Shown here piece after piece: positions 1 to 7,515 of a stretch of 30,997 nucleotides of DNA. Numbering within the stretch: the first letter of the stretch is position 1; each line of letters starts with the position of its first letter. The notes beneath the pieces were generated by a model, which saw only the letters and a program-made list of their open reading frames with translations, made no database searches and was not told the DNA's origin. The stretch is from the NCBI GenBank assembly GCA_037128175.1, contig JBAXWY010000032.1, positions 1-30,997 of the forward strand, given 5' to 3'. The DNA comes from Methanothrix sp. Its GTDB lineage: Archaea; Halobacteriota; Methanosarcinia; Methanotrichales; Methanotrichaceae. The position numbers and the translations under genes were made by a program.

Positions 1-19
1 ATCACCTTAAATCGTTGTG

Positions 20-573
20 ATTTCCACGGCTGAAAAGTCGTGGCCCCATTGAAGCCACGCGATAATGCCGTCTGTGTCCTGAAAGTTTTTTCGCCATTTC
101 CACGGCTGAAAAGTCGTGGCCCCATTGAAGCCGAGCCGGACATCATCACCACAAAAGCATCTCCAGATTTCCACGGCTGAAAAGTCGTGGCCCCATTGAA
201 GCAAGAGAGTTGGAGTTGGCGAAGCGATGAGACCAAATGAGTTTTCGATAGGCACGAAGCAGTTGGCGCTCAACCGCCAGAAATTGCGTTGTGCGAGTTG
301 CGGCGCGAGGATCACAGCGCTCGGCCTCGATGGCCGTTCGGCTCATAGTTACGGCGAAGGGGCTCAAGCCCACCATATCCGTCACGTGAAGTTCGGCGGG
401 ACGGCATCGGTCGATAACTGCGTGATCCTCTGCGAATCGTGCCACTACTCCGTGCACGAGGGTGGAAACTACCGCTTTGGCACGGTCATTGGGCGTCCGA
501 GCGACTACCCGCATTATCGAGGGTAGCCGCCCATGACATCTCCACGGCTGAAAAGTCGTGGCCCCATTGAAGC
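20..573 (+). CRISPR. CRISPR array (probably the trailer end, continuing left of the window), type I-G/I-U-like repeat
   Basis: Identical 36-bp repeats ATTTCCACGGCTGAAAAGTCGTGGCCCCATTGAAGC at 20-55, 96-131 and 167-202, plus a 1-mismatch copy (ATCT...) at 538-573. Spacers are 40 bp (56-95), 35 bp (132-166) and 335 bp (203-537). The repeat folds as CCACGGCT-GAAA-AGTCGTGG and ends in ATTGAAGC, which suggests + orientation. cas4-cas1 and cas2 lie nearby. Confidence 0.97.
227..526 (+). CDS. Small HNH endonuclease (Zn-binding) encoded between CRISPR repeats 3 and 4
   Basis: 99 aa: RCASCG ... AHHIRHVKFGG ... DNCVILCESCHYSVH, i.e. CxxC, HH, N, CxxCH of the HNH (ββα-Me) fold. GGAG at 212-215 upstream of the ATG. 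Confidence 0.88.
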   Translation: MRPNEFSIGTKQLALNRQKLRCASCGARITALGLDGRSAHSYGEGAQAHHIRHVKFGGTASVDNCVILCESCHYSVHEGGNYRFGTVIGRPSDYPHYRG

Positions 574-590
574 CGAAAACGCTTTATTCT
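574..590 (+). promoter_or_regulatory. Putative archaeal BRE/TATA promoter immediately after the last repeat
   Basis: CGAAAACGCTTTATTC: purine-rich BRE-like stretch followed by TTTATT about 25 nt before ATG 611, which fits a leaderless transcript. Confidence 0.45.
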
Positions 591-610
591 CGCGTGGTCT
601 ATTTATAGCG

Positions 611-814
611 ATGACTGCTAAAAAAACCCCTAAGCTAAAGCCAAAAGCTCATAAGGGTGAGGTCCCTCGTGGAGCCAGAACCGTGGCCGGAATAGCGGGG
701 GGTGCTGTATTTGGTTTTGCAGTCGGAGGCCCGGCAGGGGCTATGTTCGGCGGCATGGCAGGGCTGATAATTGGGGCCTCTTCTGATGTGGGGGCCTACA
801 TGGACGACTGGTGA
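611..814 (+). CDS. Small glycine-zipper membrane protein (67 aa)
   Basis: MTAKKTPKLKPKAHK basic N-terminus, then GIAGGAVFGFAVGGPAGAMFGGMAGLIIG (GxxxG repeats). ATG 611 preferred over 533, which would translate through the repeat. Confidence 0.7.
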   Translation: MTAKKTPKLKPKAHKGEVPRGARTVAGIAGGAVFGFAVGGPAGAMFGGMAGLIIGASSDVGAYMDDW

Positions 815-821
815 CCCACAG

Positions 822-1229
822 TTGGCTGATCCGATTCCGCTTTCGGAAAGCGTCTACGCCCTTATTTTAGGACTCGCTGCAGCGGCATCAATTCCTTTTG
901 TGCTTCTTATCAAACAGTGCAACTCCGAACTGAAGAGCGAAACGAAGAGGAGCATCGCCGCCCTTCGCAAACGAGAGCATGATAACGACTTTTACCTGGA
1001 AATGTTTCACCTATCTCGGCGGTATCATGAGGGAAATTCTCAGATAAAATATACCTGCGCATCTTTTCTGGGCATATTGGTATCTACCGCATTCGGATTT
1101 GCATATGACCGTCGTTGGGTTACATTCGACGAGTTTTATATCAAAGCGATCCTGATATTGTCAGGAGCTTTCTTTGTGGTGCTTGTTCTACCTCTTGCTT
1201 GGAGATATATTACCTGTCGCTGGCAATAG
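822..1229 (+). CDS. Hypothetical membrane protein, about 3 TM helices
   Basis: In the ORF 771-1229 frame. TTG at 822 is preceded by GGTGA (810-814), which overlaps the upstream stop. Three hydrophobic segments (VYALILGLAAAASIPFVLLI; ASFLGILVSTAFGFAY; AILILSGAFFVVLVLPLAW). Confidence 0.65.
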   Translation: MADPIPLSESVYALILGLAAAASIPFVLLIKQCNSELKSETKRSIAALRKREHDNDFYLEMFHLSRRYHEGNSQIKYTCASFLGILVSTAFGFAYDRRWVTFDEFYIKAILILSGAFFVVLVLPLAWRYITCRWQ

Positions 1230-1299
1230 CCGGGAATAAAACGGTCCTTTAAGATTATTTCGTCCTCTGTGCGCATCTCGTGCCTCTGTGGTTATATTC

Positions 1300-1400
1300 T
1301 AAAAATGCAAATAATATATATGACATGCCACGCACTCGCATTTTTAATGTCATAGATAATAAATATCTTTATTAATAATGACTATTATTACTACTACGGT
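1300..1400 (+). promoter_or_regulatory. AT-rich cas promoter region with two interleaved inverted repeats
   Basis: TAAAAATGC (1300-1308) / GCATTTTTA (1338-1346) and TATGACAT (1319-1326) / ATGTCATA (1347-1354). AT-rich tract and GGTGA RBS before GTG 1407. Confidence 0.5.
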
Positions 1401-1406
1401 GAGTAT

Positions 1407-3137
1407 GTGATTCCTAAAGCCGAAGAGCCCAACCAAGATTTGCCTGAGCTGATTCCCGCCCGTATGCTCAACGAGTTCGCCTACTGCCCTCGCCTCTGCT
1501 ATATCGAATGGGTGCAGGGAGAATTTTTGGACAGCGCCGATACGGTGGATGGCAGATTTCAGCACAGGCGCGTGGACGCCGGCTCTGACAAAGCCGCCGA
1601 GGAGTTCGAAACATTTCATGCTCGATCGGTCTACCTTTCCGGGGCGGGTATCACCTGCAGAATCGACCTTCTGGAAGGCGATGGCGGCCATGTCACTCCA
1701 GTGGACTACAAAAGGGGAGAAGCGCCTGATATCCCGGATGGTGCCTACGAACCGGAGAGAGTTCAGCTCTGTGCCCAGGGATTGGTGCTGAGAGAAAACG
1801 GCTTTGTCTGCGATGAGGGAATCGCCTACTTTGTCAAATCGAAGAAGAGAGTGCCCGTTCTGTTTGATGACGCCCTGATGGGCAGAACCAAGGAACTCAT
1901 CGCTGCGCTCCGGATCGCGGCGGATCTGGGAGAGATGCCGCCTCCCTTGCAGCACAGCCCCAAGTGCAACCGCTGCTCACTGGCTGGCATCTGCCTGCCC
2001 GATGAGATCACCCTACTCAAAGAGATGGAGGTAGATGATGCAGAAGCTGCAAAAAATGGCAGGGAAGCAGGAATCGAAGAGGGGGTAGCTCTGAAAGAGG
2101 CTCCGTCCGGCCAAATCAGAAGGCTGCTTCCCTCTCGGGACGACGCCATACCCGTTTACGTAGTCGGTCGTGGCAATACCGTTCGGAAGAAAGAAGAACG
2201 CCTGGAAATATGGTCGCGGGATGGCAAAGTCAGTGAGCCAAAGCTAAGAGAGATTTCTCAGCTCTCGCTCTACGGAGGCGTGGAGATAACCACCCCGGCT
2301 ATGGTCGAACTGATGCAAAGAGGAGTGCCCGTTATCCACTTCACACATGGTGGCTGGTTTCAGGGAATCTGCCTGGGAACGACTCACAAAAACGTTGAGC
2401 TGAGGATACATCAGTTTCAGTGTGCCATGGACCCGAAAAGATCGATACTGCTGGCTCGAAAGGCCGTATCCGGCAAGATCAAAAACTGCCGGACGCTCAT
2501 GCGCAGAAATGATCCCGAGCGAAGCACAAGCTCCCTTAACCTGATGGCAAAACTGGCCGCAGAGGCGGAAGAGGCATCAAGCAGCCAGAGCCTGCTGGGC
2601 ATTGAAGGAGCGGCAGCGGAATGCTATTTTTCCCGGTTTGCCAATCTGTTGAAAGAAGGCGGCAAGGACTTTTCTTTTACGGATCGAAACCGCAGACCAC
2701 CGAAAGATCCTGTGAATGCAGTCCTATCCTACCTCTACGGCATTCTGGTCAAAGACCTGTTTGTCACTCTCTATGCGGTGGGCTTTGATCCTTATCTTGG
2801 ATTTTATCACCGACCCAGATACGGCAGGCCTGCTCTGGCCCTGGATATGATGGAGGAATTCCGCCCCCTAATTGCTGATTCCGTGGCTATAAACCTGTTT
2901 AATAATGAGGAGCTTTCCAAAAAAGATTTCATCAAGACTCGTGCCGGTGTCTCCCTGACCTCCAACGGAAAGAAGGCCGTCGTGTCAGGCTACGAACGCC
3001 GCATGGAAACGGAGATCGTTCATCCCGTCTTCGGCTACGTAGTTAGCTACCGAAGAGTGCTGGAAGTACAGGCCCGCCTCCTGGCGCGAGCCATCTCCGG
3101 CGAAATCCGAGAGTATCCCCCCTTCTGCACCAGGTAA
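1407..3137 (+). CDS. cas4-cas1: CRISPR-associated Cas4-Cas1 fusion (GSU0057-like, type I-G/I-U)
   Basis: N-terminal Cas4 (YCPR, RIDLLE...PVDYKRG, QLCAQ, PKCNRCSLAGIC Fe-S cysteines). C-terminal Cas1 (LLGIEGAAA, RNRRPPKDPVNAVLSYLY, GFDPYLGFYH, LALDMMEEFRPLIAD). Confidence 0.96.
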   Translation: MIPKAEEPNQDLPELIPARMLNEFAYCPRLCYIEWVQGEFLDSADTVDGRFQHRRVDAGSDKAAEEFETFHARSVYLSGAGITCRIDLLEGDGGHVTPVDYKRGEAPDIPDGAYEPERVQLCAQGLVLRENGFVCDEGIAYFVKSKKRVPVLFDDALMGRTKELIAALRIAADLGEMPPPLQHSPKCNRCSLAGICLPDEITLLKEMEVDDAEAAKNGREAGIEEGVALKEAPSGQIRRLLPSRDDAIPVYVVGRGNTVRKKEERLEIWSRDGKVSEPKLREISQLSLYGGVEITTPAMVELMQRGVPVIHFTHGGWFQGICLGTTHKNVELRIHQFQCAMDPKRSILLARKAVSGKIKNCRTLMRRNDPERSTSSLNLMAKLAAEAEEASSSQSLLGIEGAAAECYFSRFANLLKEGGKDFSFTDRNRRPPKDPVNAVLSYLYGILVKDLFVTLYAVGFDPYLGFYHRPRYGRPALALDMMEEFRPLIADSVAINLFNNEELSKKDFIKTRAGVSLTSNGKKAVVSGYERRMETEIVHPVFGYVVSYRRVLEVQARLLARAISGEIREYPPFCTR

Positions 3138-3165
3138 CAAGATAACAAAGTAACGAGGTGACAAC

Positions 3166-3462
3166 ATGGGCGAACTGAAATGCTACGTAGTCAGCTACGA
3201 CATAATGGACCCAAAGCGCCTGCATCGTGTGCACAAAACCATGAAAGGTTTCGGAGATCCAATACATTACTCCGTCTTTCGGTGCCTTCTCACCGCCAAG
3301 GGAAAAGTGGAGCTTGTCGCGACACTTACAGAAATCATCAAACACAACCATGACCGCATAATGATAGTAGACCTGGGACCCCTGGACGGCAAAGCGGAAG
3401 AAAGGATAGAATTCCTGGGCGTGCACCCCTCTAACATAGAAAGCAAGGCAGTGGTAGTCTAA
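3166..3462 (+). CDS. cas2: CRISPR-associated endoribonuclease Cas2
   Basis: YVVSYDIMDPKRL...GDPIHYSVF motif; 98 aa; directly downstream of cas1. Confidence 0.96.
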   Translation: MGELKCYVVSYDIMDPKRLHRVHKTMKGFGDPIHYSVFRCLLTAKGKVELVATLTEIIKHNHDRIMIVDLGPLDGKAEERIEFLGVHPSNIESKAVVV

Positions 3463-3540
3463 CCCGAGCAATAACAAAAGTCCGGGTGACACGAAGCAAC
3501 TAAAGCTTTTTAATCCCACCCCATCATTCACCTGGATACT

Positions 3541-4416
3541 ATGTTCTATCTGGGAGAATACGACGAAGAGACGGCCAAAGAGATCAAGAGCTATCTGGAT
3601 AAAGCCGGCCTCAAGGTGGATACGAGATCCTGCCTGGTAATGGAGGAGGAGACAACTTACACCCTCAAGGACAAGCTGAGCGCCGTCAAAGAGTTTATCG
3701 AGGACCACAGCCAGTACGAGTACTATTTCTCGGCACTAAAGAGCGTCCTGCCCCAGGCCACGCCCGAGAATTTCGAGGACCTTTTCTTAAAAGAGCTGGA
3801 CCCGCTCATGATGGAGAAAAGAGACAAAATTCTGGCGCTCTCTGAAAATTCAGAAAGCCTTTCCCCGGAAGAAGGGGAGGCCCTGAAATTCGGTTCAGAG
3901 GAATGGATGAATAACGCCCTCTTCATCTCAAGAGCCCGCATCTTTGCCGGGATGGTCCTTTCTCTAAACGACATAAAGGTCGGTGAAGCCATAGAGAATA
4001 AGCTGGACGATCCAGTTATCGAAATAACCGTCGATCCGGATGACTATGAAGATATGCCGGAGCAGATGAAATGCGATATTGATTTTTATCTGGAGAAGGC
4101 CGTCAATATCTTTGTCGATGAGTTCACCACCCCTCTTGCCATCGATCTGAATGACGAGTTTTGGGATACCTATCCCTCAGAAGCCCAGCGCCTTAAGGTC
4201 CTGGGATTGCTGATCGAAAAGCTGGCTACATCGCCCGCTTCCCGCAAGATGGATTTTGCAGAGTTTGCCGAAGAATGCACCATGACTTTAGAGGATGATA
4301 GCAGCGTTCTGAACGTTTATGGCGATGATGTAGCCGAGGATCTGGCCAGGGTGCTGGAGAAGAGCGGAGTCGTAAAGTGGAAGGGAGACAAGCTCAAGTG
4401 GAAGAGCAAGGATTGA
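3541..4416 (+). CDS. Acidic hypothetical protein
   Basis: 291-aa ORF with host-like codon usage and a TATA-like element upstream; no family recognised. Confidence 0.8.
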   Translation: MFYLGEYDEETAKEIKSYLDKAGLKVDTRSCLVMEEETTYTLKDKLSAVKEFIEDHSQYEYYFSALKSVLPQATPENFEDLFLKELDPLMMEKRDKILALSENSESLSPEEGEALKFGSEEWMNNALFISRARIFAGMVLSLNDIKVGEAIENKLDDPVIEITVDPDDYEDMPEQMKCDIDFYLEKAVNIFVDEFTTPLAIDLNDEFWDTYPSEAQRLKVLGLLIEKLATSPASRKMDFAEFAEECTMTLEDDSSVLNVYGDDVAEDLARVLEKSGVVKWKGDKLKWKSKD

Positions 4417-4471
4417 TCGGGCTATCAGGATCATTTGTTCCATCTTTTTTTGAGAGAAATTTTTTAGGCTA

Positions 4472-4524
4472 TTTATAAAGTGTTTATAAGTAGTTTATAA
4501 ATCTTAAATACTCATGTTTATATA
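4472..4524 (+). promoter_or_regulatory. Cluster of tandem TATA-like boxes upstream of tbp
   Basis: TTTATAA at about 4472, 4483 and 4494 (about 11-bp period), then TTAAATA (4504) and TTTATATA (4517). Confidence 0.55.
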
Positions 4525-4562
4525 CCCCCAGTTTGTAAGGGATAATCCGGAGATACTTGAGT

Positions 4563-5114
4563 ATGGAGTCCACAATTAATATTGAGAACGTGGTGGCATC
4601 TACCAAGCTGGCGGAAGCGTTCGACCTGCACAAGATCGAGGCCGAGCTGGAGGGTGCGGAGTATAACAAGGAAAAGTTTCCCGGACTCGTCTACAGGGTC
4701 AAAGCCCCCAAAGCCGCTTTCCTTATATTCACTTCCGGCAAAGTGGTATGCACCGGAGCCAAGAACGTCGAGGACGTTCGCACGGTCATAACCAATATGG
4801 CCAAGACACTCAAGTCCATTGGCTTCGAGAACATCGATCTGGAACCTGAGATCCACGTCCAGAACATTGTGGCCTCCGCTGATCTGAAGACTGACTTGAA
4901 CTTAAACGCCATTGCTCTCGGTCTAGGCCTGGAGAACATCGAATATGAGCCGGAGCAGTTTCCCGGGCTGGTCTACAGGATCAAGGTGCCCAAAGTGGTA
5001 GTGCTCATATTCAGCTCCGGAAAACTGGTGGTAACCGGCGGCAAAACTCCGGAGGAGTGCGAAGAGGGCGTGCGCATCGTGCGAATGCAGCTGGAGAACA
5101 TGGGGCTGCTCTAG
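4563..5114 (+). CDS. tbp: TATA-box-binding protein
   Basis: Two TBP repeats: NIENVVAS...FPGLVYR...[14 protein letters not shown] and QNIVAS...[13 protein letters not shown]...[14 protein letters not shown]. Confidence 0.98.
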   Translation: MESTINIENVVASTKLAEAFDLHKIEAELEGAEYNKEKFPGLVYRVKAPKAAFLIFTSGKVVCTGAKNVEDVRTVITNMAKTLKSIGFENIDLEPEIHVQNIVASADLKTDLNLNAIALGLGLENIEYEPEQFPGLVYRIKVPKVVVLIFSSGKLVVTGGKTPEECEEGVRIVRMQLENMGLL

Positions 5115-5220
5115 ATCACTTTTTATATAAAATCATCCTGAAATATATAAATCGCTAGCAAAAAAATATTTAAAGTCAGAACGCTATTTAAGCTTCACGA
5201 AAGATAATGAAGGTGGGGCT

Positions 5221-5361
5221 TTGTCTGACGTTGGCGAGCAGAAAGATACAACTGCATTTGTGGATGGACTGATGAAAAGCAAATACTCCGACCTGATCAT
5301 TCTCTCGACCGTGATTCTGGCCTTCTTGATTCTGATAATAATATTTGCTACATTAACATAA
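5221..5361 (+). CDS. Small single-TM protein (46 aa; not in the ORF track)
   Basis: TTG start after AGGTGGGG; MSDVGEQKDTTAFVDGLMKSKYSDLIILSTVILAFLILIIIFATLT; TATA-like motifs upstream. Confidence 0.6.
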   Translation: MSDVGEQKDTTAFVDGLMKSKYSDLIILSTVILAFLILIIIFATLT

Positions 5362-5403
5362 TCAAAAAATAAATAATAGAAGATGGCCTTAAGCCTTATG
5401 TGA

Positions 5404-6756
5404 TCATAATCCTCGAAAGTGCTCTTTTAGCCGTTCCTCAATCTCCGCCAGGCTCAGGCTCTCCTGTGCCCCTCCGGACATGTCACGAATCGTGAGCAAT
5501 CCGGCATCCAGCTCGTCCTTGCCCACGATTACCACAAACTTCGCCCCCGCGCTGGCTGCCGCTTTGAGCTGGGCGCTTAAGCTTCGGCCCATGACATCTA
5601 TTACCAGCGGCACGCTTTTGCGTAACTCCCTGGCAATCTTCGTTGCCTCTACCTTGACATCGGGCGTAAAGGCTAAAAATACCGGCAATGTGCGCGACCC
5701 TTCCAGCTGCACAATCTCCATGATGCGGTCAAAGCCCAGGCCAAAGCCCGTGGAAGAGGTCTCCTTGCCACCGAAGAGGCTGGCCAGCTCGTAAGTTCCT
5801 CCCCCGCAGATCTGCCGCTGTGCGCCGAGACCCTCGGCATAGATCTCAAAGACTGTTCCGGAGTAGTACTCGAGACCCCGCACGACCTCAAAGTCAATGG
5901 TGAAGTTGACTCCATAGGCCTCCAGAAGATCCACCGTCTCCTGGAATTCCTCCAGCCGTAGCTCGGAGCTTACCGCCCGCCCCTGGCGCGCTGAGCTGCG
6001 ACCGGATGCCTGCACACCCGCAGGCGCGTCCGCGGGCGCGCTCGCTCGCGCGGCCTCTCCGACTGGGGGTGGCCCCATATCCAGGACGATCTCGGCTGCC
6101 TTATCCAGGGCGCTCTGCCCCTTCAGGTCGATCAGCTCCAAGATACCGAGATGGCTCTGCCCGATATCCTCCAGGAGGGTGGCAAGAGCTCCCCGCTCTT
6201 TCTTGTCGATCATCCTCATGACCGAGGAACGGTGTTCCGCCTCGATCTTGCTGAGCAGAGTGCGGATCAATCCCAGGTAGCCGACGTGAATATCCCCTGC
6301 CACGCCCACGCTTTTGAGCATCTTGTCCGCGAGAGCGATGGCCTCTGCCTCAGAATCGGGCTTGGCGCCGCCAATGAGTTCGCAGCCCATCTGCCAGAAC
6401 TCTCTAAAGCGCCCTCTCTGCGGACGCTCGTAGCGAAAACAGTTGCCGAAATACCAGAGCCTCTGCGGCTTCGGGGAATTTTGCAGCTCGGAGACGTACA
6501 TGCGCATCACGGGTGCTGTCAGCTCCGGCCTTAGCGCGAGATCGCGCCCGCCCTTATCCGTGAAGCTGTAGATCTCTTCTACCACGGACGCGCCCGATTT
6601 TATGGTGAAAAGCTCGAGATGCTCAAAAGTGGGGGTAGCTACCTCCTGGTATCCCCAGCGCTCTAAAACACCTTGCATGGCCTTCTTGGCCCGGCCCCTT
6701 TTCTCTGTCTCCTCTGGGAGAAAATCCCTGGTGCCTCTCGGTCTCTGGATGGTCAT
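5404..6756 (-). CDS. hisS: Histidyl-tRNA synthetase
   Basis: RPRGTRDFLP, LALRPELTAP, FRYERPQRGRFREFWQ, VRGLEYYSG, GGGTY, GFGLGFDR and a C-terminal anticodon-binding domain. Confidence 0.98.
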   Translation of the reverse strand: MTIQRPRGTRDFLPEETEKRGRAKKAMQGVLERWGYQEVATPTFEHLELFTIKSGASVVEEIYSFTDKGGRDLALRPELTAPVMRMYVSELQNSPKPQRLWYFGNCFRYERPQRGRFREFWQMGCELIGGAKPDSEAEAIALADKMLKSVGVAGDIHVGYLGLIRTLLSKIEAEHRSSVMRMIDKKERGALATLLEDIGQSHLGILELIDLKGQSALDKAAEIVLDMGPPPVGEAARASAPADAPAGVQASGRSSARQGRAVSSELRLEEFQETVDLLEAYGVNFTIDFEVVRGLEYYSGTVFEIYAEGLGAQRQICGGGTYELASLFGGKETSSTGFGLGFDRIMEIVQLEGSRTLPVFLAFTPDVKVEATKIARELRKSVPLVIDVMGRSLSAQLKAAASAGAKFVVIVGKDELDAGLLTIRDMSGGAQESLSLAEIEERLKEHFRGL

Positions 6757-6804
6757 ATCGGCAGAAGGAATGAAACAAAATGCCCTTATAGTTTGTGATG
6801 GCTC

Positions 6805-7485
6805 TTATTTCAGCTTCTCCTCGACCTCAGGGGGGCAAATGATGATCTGCACCGGTTTTATAATTATATTGGATGTGGCCACGGCACTGCCTCCTTGCAC
6901 TGTATTTATTGCGCGAACGGATATTCCGCTCACATCAATATCCAGATTGTTGCCGAGCGGCTGTGACTGGGCACTTATTCTCGCCGGTTGGCCATTTTTG
7001 CCCTCATTTTTCGTGCTGGTGCTCAAAGCACTATCAACAATTTGATCTATATAACTATCATCCCAATTTTCGTTTGGAAAGATCTTCTTCGTATCCTCCT
7101 GCCCGGTTACAGCTATGTCCAGGGAATTGGCGAGACCCTGTGTATCTGCATCCCTATACTGCTTGCCGTCGTAAATGATATCTCTCTCTCTCGCAGCATT
7201 CATAGCGGTCAGATCCGATACCTGCTCACTTGAATCCGATTCATTCAGAGCAATCTCTTCTTTTGATGGTAGGATATCAGGTCCGAGGTCGGAAGGATGA
7301 AGCAGCCCTATCCCCCATTCGCGATGATCCTGATTGAATGGGCCGGATTGCGCTTCCTTCAGCTCTTTTCGCAGATCAGGTAAATTAGACGGCGACTGTG
7401 CCGCTGCTGCACTTAGCGAAATGAGAAGACAAATAAAAACGGCCCCCACCAGCAGACGGCCGATGGGTCCTTGTATTTTTTCCAT
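6805..7485 (-). CDS. Secreted hypothetical protein
   Basis: Signal peptide (LLVGAVFICLLISLSAAAA); beta-rich C-terminus NNLDIDVSGISVRAINTVQGGSAVATSNIIIKPVQ. Confidence 0.75.
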   Translation of the reverse strand: MEKIQGPIGRLLVGAVFICLLISLSAAAAQSPSNLPDLRKELKEAQSGPFNQDHREWGIGLLHPSDLGPDILPSKEEIALNESDSSEQVSDLTAMNAARERDIIYDGKQYRDADTQGLANSLDIAVTGQEDTKKIFPNENWDDSYIDQIVDSALSTSTKNEGKNGQPARISAQSQPLGNNLDIDVSGISVRAINTVQGGSAVATSNIIIKPVQIIICPPEVEEKLK

Positions 7486-7515
7486 ATTTCATCCCTCGGG
7501 CAGATTGCCCCGAAG

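Noticed and set aside
56-166. Full self-targeting by spacers 1 and 2
   Set aside because: No full-length protospacer noticed in the window by eye; only the 10/11 seed similarity reported above.
7-514. Minus-strand ORFs 7-315 and 146-514 across the array
   Set aside because: They translate CRISPR repeats (repeated LQWGHDFSAVEI) or the antisense of the HNH gene; no independent coding signal.
203-537. IS/MITE insertion as the explanation for the long spacer
   Set aside because: No transposase, terminal inverted repeats or target-site duplication seen other than the CRISPR repeats themselves; both repeats are full length.
533-610. N-terminal extension of the glycine-zipper ORF from ATG 533 through repeat 4
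   Set aside because: It would translate the repeat itself. ATG 611 with an upstream TATA-like motif is more plausible, although read-through coupling to the HNH gene cannot be fully excluded.
3463-3540. Leader or second array after cas2
   Set aside because: Only 78 bp, with no repeat copy; it leads straight into the next gene's promoter.
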